From Thermoplasmata archaeon (lineage in GTDB: Archaea > Thermoplasmatota > Thermoplasmata > WALJ01): DNA of 64,000 bases. Every line of letters starts with the position of its first letter. The stretch's first letter is position 1. The stretch covers positions 30,113 to 94,112 of the forward strand of contig JALTFR010000042.1 of NCBI GenBank assembly GCA_027006785.1, in the 5' to 3' direction. Positions 9,064 to 18,016 of the stretch are shown here, piece after piece. Made by a program: the position numbers and the translations under genes. The notes beneath the pieces were generated by a model. That model had not been told where the DNA came from. It did no database searches and saw nothing but the letters and a program-made list of their open reading frames with translations.

Positions 9064-9444
9064 TCACTCCACCAGGACAGCGTTTATCGCTCCGTCCTGA
9101 CCGGGCCTTGAGGTTATCTTCGCATTGCCCACAGATGTCTTGATTATGGCTCCTTTGGTTATGATATTCCTCTGCACATAGTTCGGGTTCGCCGGATTCT
9201 CAACAACCGTTATTATCTCGGCCCTGACTGTCTTTCCTGTCTTAGGATCCCTTACATTTGCGTGATTCTCGGAGAGGATGCGCACCCTCGTGTTTCCTCC
9301 TCTTCCTCTCACTTTCTTTGTCCTCCTGTCACCTATGACAGCTGTCTGGAGCTCCGCCCCTATCTCGTACTTCCTCTTCTTTCTGAAGGAGTGATACCTT
9401 CCTCCTGTGGATTTCCTCACGGATCTGCCTTGCCAGAGAGCCAT
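9064..9444 (-). CDS. rps8e: 30S ribosomal protein S8e
   Basis: 'MALWQGRSVRKSTGGRYHSFRKKRKYEIG' N-terminus typical of S8e. Confidence 0.85.
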   Translation of the reverse strand: MALWQGRSVRKSTGGRYHSFRKKRKYEIGAELQTAVIGDRRTKKVRGRGGNTRVRILSENHANVRDPKTGKTVRAEIITVVENPANPNYVQRNIITKGAIIKTSVGNAKITSRPGQDGAINAVLVE

Positions 9445-9535
9445 GTTTTCACCTTTTCAGCGCCTATGAATACATTTGTTATATAAGCCTTGCTGGGAGA
9501 GTCGTACCGATGAATGGCACATATTGATGGGAAAG

Positions 9536-9543
9536 TTTAAATA
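9536..9543 (+). promoter_or_regulatory. TATA-like box (tttaaata-gg) in the S8e/dnaG divergent intergenic region
   Basis: Same T(A/T)TAAATAGG motif as upstream of 5S rRNA and the pilus ATPase; about 170 nt upstream of the preferred dnaG ATG. Confidence 0.3.
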
Positions 9544-9711
9544 GGTGTGCCACTAAGACTAATTGAAAATAGTCTATCACATCATTCCTTCATAAATTCA
9601 CATTCACTCTCAAACATGTCAGCTCAATATCCGAAAAACCCGGATTGGGGCATTAAGAGCAGCAGTACGAGGGAGAGATTTGTGGATGGACTATTTTCAG
9701 GAGATGATCAT

Positions 9712-11007
9712 ATGATCGACCCGAGTACAACGAAATACCTGATAAAAGCACATATAACCGCAGAAGGAGTTGTGGAAAAACCTGACGTGATAGGGGCCAT
9801 ATTCGGACAGACCGAGGGTCTTCTGGGAGAGGAACTGGACCTCAGGGATCTTCAGAAAGGCGCCAGGATAGGAAGGATAGAAGTAGAAGTGAAATCTGAG
9901 GGTGGAAAGTCACGAGGAGAGGTTCTGATACCATCTAGCCTTGACCAGGTTGACACCGCAATACTGGCCGCAGCCCTTGAAACTATAGACAGGATAGGGC
10001 CGTGTAAGGCCACGGTTTATGTTGAGAGCATAGCTGATGTAAGGGCTGAAAAGAGGCAGAAGATACTTGAAAGGGCGAAGGAGCTTCTGACAGACATGCT
10101 TCAGGAGTCCAAGACACTAGGAGGAAGCCTCGCTGATTCCATCAGAGACTCAGTTCACCTCGAAGAGATAACGAGTTACGGACCGGAAAAATGTCCTGCA
10201 GGACCTCTTGTGGACGTATCGGATGAGATTCTGATCGTTGAGGGCAGGTCTGATGTACTGAACTTGCTGAAACATGGAATAAAGAATACAATAGCCGTTG
10301 AAGGGACCAATGTTCCAAAGACAATACAGGAACTCAGCAAACAGAAGACCGCAACCGCATTCGTTGATGGGGACCGAGGCGGCACACTGATACTTAAGGA
10401 ATTGCTTCAGGTAGCTGAGATAGACTTCATAGCCAGAGCCCCACCGCACAACGAGGTGGAAGAACTTACTAGAAAACAGATAATGAAGGCCCTTAAAAAC
10501 AAAATGCCTGTTGCACAGTATATAGAGATGTATGGCATAGATAATGGCAGTACAAAGGATGCTCAGGAGAAAAAAGAGCCTCAGAACGGGAAGAACGGCA
10601 AAGGGAAGAATGACAACCAGATTGCACAGAAAAAAGATGAGAAAAAGGCACAGAAACCCGAGAAACAGGCCTCTAAGGAGAAAGAAAAGGAAGAGAAAAG
10701 GAAGAAACTCACGCCTCAGCAGGAGAAATTCTACGAGATGCTGAGAGATATGGCTGGAAAGAAGAAGGCAAGACTCCTGAACTCAAAAGGAGGAATAGTA
10801 ACGGAAGTTGCCACCGATGATCTGATAAAAATTCTTGGAAATGAAAAGAAATCCGTGAATGCGATAGTCTTCGACGGAGTGATAACTCAGAGGCTTGTGG
10901 ATATGGCTTACAAAAAAGGAGTTAAAATGATAGTTGGCATCAAAATGGGAAATGTGGCAAAACTTCCGTCTTCAATATCTGTGTGGACGAAAAAGGACTT
11001 TGAATGA
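9712..11007 (+). CDS. dnaG: Archaeal DnaG-type primase (TOPRIM), with a lysine/glutamate-rich insert
   Basis: 'MIDPSTTKYLIKAHITAEGVVEKPDVIGAIFGQTEGLL'; TOPRIM 'ILIVEGRSDVLNL...AVEGTN...FVDGDRGG'; SD aggag 8 nt upstream. The ORF track start at 9547 adds 55 atypical residues. Confidence 0.8.
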   Translation: MIDPSTTKYLIKAHITAEGVVEKPDVIGAIFGQTEGLLGEELDLRDLQKGARIGRIEVEVKSEGGKSRGEVLIPSSLDQVDTAILAAALETIDRIGPCKATVYVESIADVRAEKRQKILERAKELLTDMLQESKTLGGSLADSIRDSVHLEEITSYGPEKCPAGPLVDVSDEILIVEGRSDVLNLLKHGIKNTIAVEGTNVPKTIQELSKQKTATAFVDGDRGGTLILKELLQVAEIDFIARAPPHNEVEELTRKQIMKALKNKMPVAQYIEMYGIDNGSTKDAQEKKEPQNGKNGKGKNDNQIAQKKDEKKAQKPEKQASKEKEKEEKRKKLTPQQEKFYEMLRDMAGKKKARLLNSKGGIVTEVATDDLIKILGNEKKSVNAIVFDGVITQRLVDMAYKKGVKMIVGIKMGNVAKLPSSISVWTKKDFE

Positions 11008-11040
11008 GCGCGAATGCTCAAACACTCAAACCACTTACTC

Positions 11041-11051
11041 TTTTTTATTTT
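11041..11051 (+). terminator. Oligo-T tract between convergent dnaG and membrane-protein gene
   Basis: ttttttatttt immediately after the dnaG stop. Confidence 0.35.
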
Positions 11052-11069
11052 CGAAATAAAAAGTGGGAA

Positions 11070-11450
11070 TCACTTGATTCTTAGCTTTTTCTTCTTCTCG
11101 TTAAGTCTGTCCTCATATTCCTCTCCCAGATGCCATGCGATATCCTCCAGGTCCGGGAGGTTCCGCGTGAACTTCGATTTGCTGTTTGTCTCCATGAGAT
11201 CTTCAAACTTCTTCATCTTCCTTCTTGTGTCATAGAAGTACCATCCTCCGATGATAACGCCGAACGACGATAGAAGCAAAATCCAGTAATTCCATGCACC
11301 TATCGTGTTTATAGGTTTGTTTACCTCGTCGGGAAGATAGCTTTCTAACATAAAATATGAGAGAGATATCACCATACCTGCGATGCTGATTGCCAGTAGC
11401 GTTCCGGACAATACCAGGGCATGCTTTCTCATCCATTTTATTGCGCTCAT
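11070..11450 (-). CDS. Small membrane protein (2 TM plus charged C-terminal tail), hypothetical
   Basis: Two hydrophobic segments ('LVLSGTLLAISIAGMVISL', 'WNYWILLLSSFGVIIGGWYF'); internal ATG preferred over the track start 11591. Confidence 0.4.
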   Translation of the reverse strand: MSAIKWMRKHALVLSGTLLAISIAGMVISLSYFMLESYLPDEVNKPINTIGAWNYWILLLSSFGVIIGGWYFYDTRRKMKKFEDLMETNSKSKFTRNLPDLEDIAWHLGEEYEDRLNEKKKKLRIK

Positions 11451-11518
11451 GGGTTCACCGTCTGCGAGATATCTGCAGGGAATATATATGGTTTGGGGGC
11501 GAGAGCAGGGGGAAAGTT

Positions 11519-11534
11519 TATTAATGAATTCATT
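11519..11534. promoter_or_regulatory. Perfect 16-bp palindrome TTAATGAATTCATTAA about 45 bp upstream of the giant surface-protein gene
   Basis: Read directly; lies in the divergent intergenic region; candidate dimeric-regulator site. Confidence 0.4.
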
Positions 11535-11575
11535 AATCAATGAAAATACCCGGAGGGTATAACTGAGGAGATACG

Positions 11576-14500
11576 ATGAAAAAAATAGCATTAGCAGTCA
11601 GTATGATTCTTCTGCTGGGTTCTCTGTTCCCGGCAATTGTGATACTTGATGGAGAGGTAAGGGCAGAGCGCAGCAGTGAACCGGAAATAAAGTATACTTT
11701 GCATGCTCCCATAAGGATAGAGAACGATACGGATTTCGCAAACCAGGCGACGAGCGAAGGTTGGAGCGGAGATGGGAGCTCAGGAAATCCTTATCTGATA
11801 GAGAACTATGAGATAGACGCTCATGGGTCTGGAAGTGCCATTTACATTGGAAATACTACGGTTCATTTTACAATACGCTCATGTTATTTTTACAATACGA
11901 GTGATGTTTCATACCCGTATTATTATGGTTCTGGGTTGACCCTCCGTAATGTGACGACGGGAGTTGTGGAATCCAGCAGGATATGGAACAATGAGAACTA
12001 CGGGGTCTTTATGCAGTATTCGATGGGAGTCGTTGTATCCGGCAATAACATATCATACAATGACCAGAGAGGAATATATCTTATGGAATCCGTGAACAAT
12101 ACCATAGAGAACAACGGAATGTATGCTAACCAGTGGTATGGAATAGATCTCTCCACATATTCGAACAACAACAGCATCATAAACAATACCATACTGCGCA
12201 CGGCATCGCACGGCATCTCACTGTCCAACTGTAATGATACGGTTATAAGTAACAATACCATAAAGTACAACTCGCATTACGGGAGCATAGACCTCTCATA
12301 CTCGCTCGGGGCCGTGATAAAGAATAACACGATGGAAGACTATGACAGCCATGGTGGGATATATGTTTCAGGAGACCAGATGAGATACTGGAACACACAC
12401 GACATAGATACGAGCAATATCCTGAAAGGCAAGCCTGTCTACTACTGGAAGGACCGCACATCGGGTAGTGTTCCTTCGGATGCGGCGCAGGTCATCCTCG
12501 CCAACTGTTCGGGCGTATCTGTAGAGAACATGAACATCAGTATGGTTTACGAGGCCATACAGCTGGGTTTCTCAGACAAGAATCACATAAAAAATGTAAG
12601 CCTCTACAAAGATTCGTGGGGCGTGAGACTGCTGTATTCGGACCATAACATCCTTTCGGATAGCGAGATAAGAAACAATGATGACGGCATATGGATAGAC
12701 AGGTGCACGGAGAACACCATAAGGAACAACACCGTCGCGGATTCGAACTATTATGGAATATACATGGCTAGTTTTGATACGACCCCTGTTGTGTGGGGAA
12801 ACTCTTTCTACCACAATAATCTTATAAACAATGCGCATCAGTTATATTATAGCAGTAACAATGAAATAGACAGATGGAACCTGGCATATCCGCAGGGCGG
12901 GAATTTCTGGTCGAACTACAACGGTAACGATATCGAATGCGGAGAATCGCAGAACATATCCGGAAGCGATGGGATGGGGGATAGCCCTCTGACAATATAC
13001 GGGAATCAGGATGCATATCCGCTGATGGCGGCATGGGAAACAGCGCCAAAGGTCATCTCAAGCACCCCCGCAGACGGAGAGAATTCCGTTGCACTGGGAA
13101 AGAACATAAGCATCGTCTTCAGCAGGAGCATGAACACTTCGGTAATTCCCAAACTTCACCAGATAGATGGAACGGGTGTTGTCTATTCATTTTCTGGATG
13201 GTCCAGCACAAATCTGGAGAACGACACCGCAACATGGACTCATGATGACTGGAATGAGAAGGAATGGGTGGGCCTGGAACTCTGCAATTACTCCGATACT
13301 GAAGAGCGCTACGGATTGCCACACATATGGTCATTCAAGACAGTGGACCTCACTGCGCCCCATGTGTCATCGACTGACCCTGCAGACGGGGAGGCTTCCG
13401 TTTCTCTCGCTCAGGATGTGAAGGTCGTCTTCGATGAAAGCCTGGACACATCCGTCATTCCACAGTTCAGCGAACTGAGTTCTTCGGGAGTATCTTACAC
13501 CTTTGCGGGTTTTTCATCCACAAATGAAAATAACGACACCGCAACATGGACGCACGGTTCATGGCCCGAAAAATACGCGGTGGAACTGAAGGTCACGGGG
13601 GCAGAGGACAGCTCCGGTAATGTGATGGGTACGGCATATGTCTGGAACCTCACCACGGCCGACCTGACACCGCCGAATGTGATTGGGACAGAACCATATG
13701 ATGGAGAGACAGGTGTCAACAAATCGGTATCCATAGTGGTAGTGTTTTCGGAAGAGATGAACACTTCATACAATTCCGGCCACCCGACCCTTATTCTGGA
13801 GAACGGAACATACGGCGGAAGCTGGACATTCCTCGGGTGGAGCAGCACGAATGTTATGAACGATACGGCCAGATGGTCACATGATCCCTTCGAGGAAAGG
13901 GACAGGATATCACTGAGGGTGCAGAACTATGCGGACCTTGCGGGAAATGCGGGAAGCCCGTATGAATGGACATTCTACACCGAGGATACCCAGGCGCCTT
14001 CGATTACAAAGACAACCCCTGAACAGGGGGATTCCGGTGTGAACGAGAACGAGAATGTCACGATAACCTTCTCAGAAAGCATGAACACATCCGCACCACC
14101 GGTTATTACGCAGACCGGGGGAAATCCCGTAAATTACACATTCTCCCACTGGGAGAGCGTTTATGTGGCAAACGACACGGCCATCTGGACCCATGACCCA
14201 TGGTCATCGGAAGACTCCGTAACCCTCATGGTTTCAAATTACAGCGACCCTGCAGGGAACATCGGTGTCAATTACACATGGTCATTCGACATAAGAGACT
14301 ATGTGGGGCCCCATGTCCTGTCCACGGACCCTGCGGACGGCGATGTGTGGGTTCCTCTGGACAAGGTGGTTACCGTGGTCTTCTCAGAAACCATGAGCTA
14401 TGCCAGGGTCTATGGAGAAGTGGGGGTCACATACACATTCCTCGGATGGAGCACGACCTATGTCCACAATGACACCGGTATGTGGAGCCACACAAACTGG

Positions 14501-17437
14501 AGCGAGAACATGGACCTGCTGATATCTGTGGATAATCTTCAGGATGAGGCAGGAAATGCGGGAGACAAATATCAGTTCACCATACATACCGCAGACCTCA
14601 CGAAACCCCTGGTGAGCGACCTGACGCACCCCTACAATGGGCAGAAGAATGTAGCTTACGGCGCCAATGTGAGCGTCGTCTTCACGGAGTCCATGAACAG
14701 CTCGGTCACACCCACACTGGTTCAGAATGCTGGAGATATGGTGACCTACACCTTCCTCGGCTGGTTCACCACGGACAACGATAATGATACTGCGATATGG
14801 TCGCACGACGACTGGACCGATTCTGACACGGTCAACCTCACGGTTTCAAATTATAGTGACCGTGCAGGTAACATTGGTGATGCATATACATGGGAGTTCA
14901 GGGTTGAGGATCACACCGCCCCCCATGTGGTGGCCACCTCTCCCCCCGACGGAGCCATAAATGTCTCCGCACATCTGGCCAGTATAACGGTCACATGGTC
15001 GGAGCCGATGGACTCAAATGGAAATCCGGCATTGGACATCGTTGAATCGGACGGGGCAAGACCGAACATCGTATTTTACAGGTGGTTGAACGACACGACG
15101 GCGATTTTCAATGTCAGCGGAAACTTCTCGGAATCCGATAATATAGAACTGAGAGTTGGCACGGTACAGGATCCGTACAACAACGATGCGGTGACATATT
15201 ACTGGTGGATATACACCTACGACCCTGTTCCCCCGACTGTCTCTGATGCCATCCCTCTTCCGGGAGGTGCTGCGGAAAAGAACGCCACTGTTACAGTAGC
15301 ATTCAGCGAGAAGATGAATGAATCTGTCATTCCACAGATAACACAGGCGGACGGTGACCCGGGCAGCTGGGTCTTCCTCGGATGGAGCACAGGATACCAT
15401 AATGTTTCCGGAGAGATGAAAGAGGTGTCCGAGGCGAACTGGGCCCACAACAACTGGACCACCGACAGGGTTAACCTGACGGTATCCGGATACAGGGACA
15501 TATGCGGAAATTGGGGACAGCCGTATTCATGGGAATTCAATGTCTCTGTCTACGATGACCATTCCATGATACGGATAAACAGCAATGCGGAGTTCGCTAA
15601 CATGGCCTTATCCGAGGGATGGGCCGGGGACGGAAGTCCGGGCAACCCATACATCATCGAGTACTACGAGATAAACGGCGACGACGGAAGGGGAGGATAC
15701 TGCATTTACATAGGGAACACGACATCGAACTTCATAATACGCCATAACAAGCTGAACTACGCCTATACTGACAATGCGGTGTATCCATACTATCCGAGGG
15801 CATCCGTGGTCCTTTACAATGTCACGGGCGGAAAGGTGGAAGATAACAGCATGCTTGTGGAGTCGGATTTTGCAGTCTATACCTCTGAAAGCCAGAATGT
15901 GAACATAAGCGGGAACACCATACACAACGCATGGTGGAACGGAATGAACATAGAGGATTCGCAGTATATCACGATAGACGGGAACGAATTGACCGGCGGC
16001 GGGAACGGGCTTTACCTGAAGAACAGCCCGTATGCCAGCATACGCAGGAATATCCTGTCTCACAACGGTGACCAGCAGGGTATAACGCTCGAGAACTCAA
16101 GTTATGCGGTGCTCGTCGGGAATCTCATATCGGATTATGCCTATGGAATAGTCTTCGACCCCAGCGATGGAACGGATGTTAACATAACCCTGGAAGGAAA
16201 TGCCATGAAGAACTGCGGACTGATGATATGGGGATGGATGGCAGAGCACTGGACATCCCATACGATAGTGAACAACACCGTGAACAGCAGGCCGCTTGTG
16301 TTCCTGAACGGAGTGGATGATTCCCAGATAAACTACACTGTACAGGCCGGCCAGATATACCTGGTGGACTGCTACAATGTATCAGTGTCATATCAGTTCA
16401 TCGTAAGGGCAAGCATCGGCCTTTATGTGGCCATGTCACAGCACATAACCGTGGTGAACTCCACATTCGGATACAACAACTATGGAATATACATGGTGGG
16501 CAGCGACTCGAACCTGATATGGCACAACAACTTCGTGGGGAACGATGTGCAGGCCCATGATGACGGAGGCTCCGGAGATAACGCATGGAACGAGACCTAC
16601 CCGTATTCAGGAAATTACTGGGACGACTACGGAGGGAGCGATAACAACCTAGGGCCCGGGCAGAACTACCCGGGAAGCGACGGCATCGGGGATTCGCCCT
16701 ATTCGATAGACGGAGGCGGTGCGGAGGACAAATACCCGCTGATGAACCCGACGAACCTGACCCTGTACTACACTCCGGGATGGCACATGGTGGCCTTCCC
16801 GTGGCTCGACAGCCCGACGGATATAACGGATGTCCTCTCCGGGCAGTCATGGGACAGGGCAATGGTGTATGTCAACGGCACATGGCACACATACAATGCG
16901 AACAGGGATGCTAAGTTCAACGGAGATTTCCCGAAGATAGACAGGAGCATGGGGCTGTGGGTGAACTTCACGGACAACAGCACGCTGATAGCGCCCTCTC
17001 CGATACACACGGGAAACATAACCGTGTATCTACATCCGGGCTGGAACCTTGTGGAAGGCGGTCTGCCTTTCCTTGTCAGCGAGGTCTTTGAAGGAGTGGA
17101 TCACAGCCATGTGGAGAGCGCTAACCTGACGGACCCGTCTGAGATGGAGCACATGACGGAGAACGACACAATGATGCCGGGAAGGGGCTACTGGGTCTAT
17201 GTAGATGGGAATTACACGATAAGCATAGATACTGACCTCTTCGAGATAACCGTTCAGGAAGGACTCATCTATAACAGCCATCCTGTTCAGGACATGGATT
17301 CCGACCCTCCTGCAGATGTCAGCAGTTCAACAGCGCCTATCACAGACAATACGCCCGATCATACGCCTTTCATAGCGCTCTCGGTTGCGATCATCGGCAT
17401 GCTGGGAACAGCATGGGCCATAAGGAGAAGGCGCTGA
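11576..17437 (+). CDS. Giant (1953 aa) membrane-anchored surface glycoprotein: signal peptide, two right-handed beta-helix (NosD/PbH1-like) modules flanking at least 8 SbsA-type Ig-like domains, C-terminal TM anchor plus RRRR
   Basis: N-terminal 'MKKIALAVSMILLLGSLFPAIVIL'; repeated 'NNTI..N' beta-helix repeats at both ends; repeated 'VVFSESMNTSV.P'-type motif 8 times; C-terminal 'FIALSVAIIGMLGTAWAIRRRR'; dozens of N-x-S/T sequons; SD gaggag upstream. Confidence 0.8.
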   Translation: MKKIALAVSMILLLGSLFPAIVILDGEVRAERSSEPEIKYTLHAPIRIENDTDFANQATSEGWSGDGSSGNPYLIENYEIDAHGSGSAIYIGNTTVHFTIRSCYFYNTSDVSYPYYYGSGLTLRNVTTGVVESSRIWNNENYGVFMQYSMGVVVSGNNISYNDQRGIYLMESVNNTIENNGMYANQWYGIDLSTYSNNNSIINNTILRTASHGISLSNCNDTVISNNTIKYNSHYGSIDLSYSLGAVIKNNTMEDYDSHGGIYVSGDQMRYWNTHDIDTSNILKGKPVYYWKDRTSGSVPSDAAQVILANCSGVSVENMNISMVYEAIQLGFSDKNHIKNVSLYKDSWGVRLLYSDHNILSDSEIRNNDDGIWIDRCTENTIRNNTVADSNYYGIYMASFDTTPVVWGNSFYHNNLINNAHQLYYSSNNEIDRWNLAYPQGGNFWSNYNGNDIECGESQNISGSDGMGDSPLTIYGNQDAYPLMAAWETAPKVISSTPADGENSVALGKNISIVFSRSMNTSVIPKLHQIDGTGVVYSFSGWSSTNLENDTATWTHDDWNEKEWVGLELCNYSDTEERYGLPHIWSFKTVDLTAPHVSSTDPADGEASVSLAQDVKVVFDESLDTSVIPQFSELSSSGVSYTFAGFSSTNENNDTATWTHGSWPEKYAVELKVTGAEDSSGNVMGTAYVWNLTTADLTPPNVIGTEPYDGETGVNKSVSIVVVFSEEMNTSYNSGHPTLILENGTYGGSWTFLGWSSTNVMNDTARWSHDPFEERDRISLRVQNYADLAGNAGSPYEWTFYTEDTQAPSITKTTPEQGDSGVNENENVTITFSESMNTSAPPVITQTGGNPVNYTFSHWESVYVANDTAIWTHDPWSSEDSVTLMVSNYSDPAGNIGVNYTWSFDIRDYVGPHVLSTDPADGDVWVPLDKVVTVVFSETMSYARVYGEVGVTYTFLGWSTTYVHNDTGMWSHTNWSENMDLLISVDNLQDEAGNAGDKYQFTIHTADLTKPLVSDLTHPYNGQKNVAYGANVSVVFTESMNSSVTPTLVQNAGDMVTYTFLGWFTTDNDNDTAIWSHDDWTDSDTVNLTVSNYSDRAGNIGDAYTWEFRVEDHTAPHVVATSPPDGAINVSAHLASITVTWSEPMDSNGNPALDIVESDGARPNIVFYRWLNDTTAIFNVSGNFSESDNIELRVGTVQDPYNNDAVTYYWWIYTYDPVPPTVSDAIPLPGGAAEKNATVTVAFSEKMNESVIPQITQADGDPGSWVFLGWSTGYHNVSGEMKEVSEANWAHNNWTTDRVNLTVSGYRDICGNWGQPYSWEFNVSVYDDHSMIRINSNAEFANMALSEGWAGDGSPGNPYIIEYYEINGDDGRGGYCIYIGNTTSNFIIRHNKLNYAYTDNAVYPYYPRASVVLYNVTGGKVEDNSMLVESDFAVYTSESQNVNISGNTIHNAWWNGMNIEDSQYITIDGNELTGGGNGLYLKNSPYASIRRNILSHNGDQQGITLENSSYAVLVGNLISDYAYGIVFDPSDGTDVNITLEGNAMKNCGLMIWGWMAEHWTSHTIVNNTVNSRPLVFLNGVDDSQINYTVQAGQIYLVDCYNVSVSYQFIVRASIGLYVAMSQHITVVNSTFGYNNYGIYMVGSDSNLIWHNNFVGNDVQAHDDGGSGDNAWNETYPYSGNYWDDYGGSDNNLGPGQNYPGSDGIGDSPYSIDGGGAEDKYPLMNPTNLTLYYTPGWHMVAFPWLDSPTDITDVLSGQSWDRAMVYVNGTWHTYNANRDAKFNGDFPKIDRSMGLWVNFTDNSTLIAPSPIHTGNITVYLHPGWNLVEGGLPFLVSEVFEGVDHSHVESANLTDPSEMEHMTENDTMMPGRGYWVYVDGNYTISIDTDLFEITVQEGLIYNSHPVQDMDSDPPADVSSSTAPITDNTPDHTPFIALSVAIIGMLGTAWAIRRRR

Positions 17438-17453
17438 AAACCATTTCCCTACT

Positions 17454-17458
17454 TTTTA
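17454..17458 (+). terminator. Oligo-T tract after the giant gene
   Basis: ctttttatt 17 nt after the stop. Confidence 0.3.
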
Positions 17459-17494
17459 TTGCCGTGCCCTCGGAAACTTAAAATAGGATGAAAG

Positions 17495-17740
17495 ATGAGT
17501 ATAAACGGTGATAAGGTGCTCGTGAAACTGGAGATATACAGAGATGGGAAATACTGGTGCGCCAGAGGGATAGGGGAGGACATATTCACGCAGGGAAAGA
17601 CGCTTGACGAGCTTATGGACAACATAAGGGAGGCCGTAGAACTGCATTTCGAGGATGTTCTGGAGAGCGGGGAGGACATAAGGATACTCTCGATATCTGA
17701 GATAGAGGTGCGTTCAGTTGTCAAGGCTACCGGTAGTTAG
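17495..17740 (+). CDS. hicB: HicB-family antitoxin (UPF0150)
   Basis: 'IYRDGKYWCARGIGEDIFTQGKTLDELMDNIREAVELHFED' typical HicB/UPF0150 fold. Confidence 0.65.
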   Translation: MSINGDKVLVKLEIYRDGKYWCARGIGEDIFTQGKTLDELMDNIREAVELHFEDVLESGEDIRILSISEIEVRSVVKATGS

Positions 17741-17963
17741 CGGCGACGAACTGATAAGGCTTCTCACCCATATTGGTTATGAGATTGTAAGGCAGAAGGG
17801 CAGCCATGTCCGGCTGAGAAAGATGACGGATTTGGGAGAGCATAAGATAACCGTTCCAAGGCACCCTGAGATAGCAAAGGGAACCCTGAACGATATACTT
17901 TCAAAGGTGGCGCTCTGGAACGGCATACCTAAGGACAAACTCATCGAGATGCTGAAGAAGTGA
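17718..17963 (+). CDS. hicA: HicA-family mRNA interferase toxin
   Basis: 'LLTHIGYEIVRQKGSHVRLRK...ITVPRHPEIAKGTLNDILSKV' (YcfA/HicA signature); 23-nt overlap with hicB; apparent TTG start. Confidence 0.6.
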   Translation: MSRLPVVSGDELIRLLTHIGYEIVRQKGSHVRLRKMTDLGEHKITVPRHPEIAKGTLNDILSKVALWNGIPKDKLIEMLKK

Positions 17964-18016
17964 GAAATCAACAAACTTATTAAGCCGGGCATCAGTCGTA
18001 TTCCGTGCCCTCCTCG

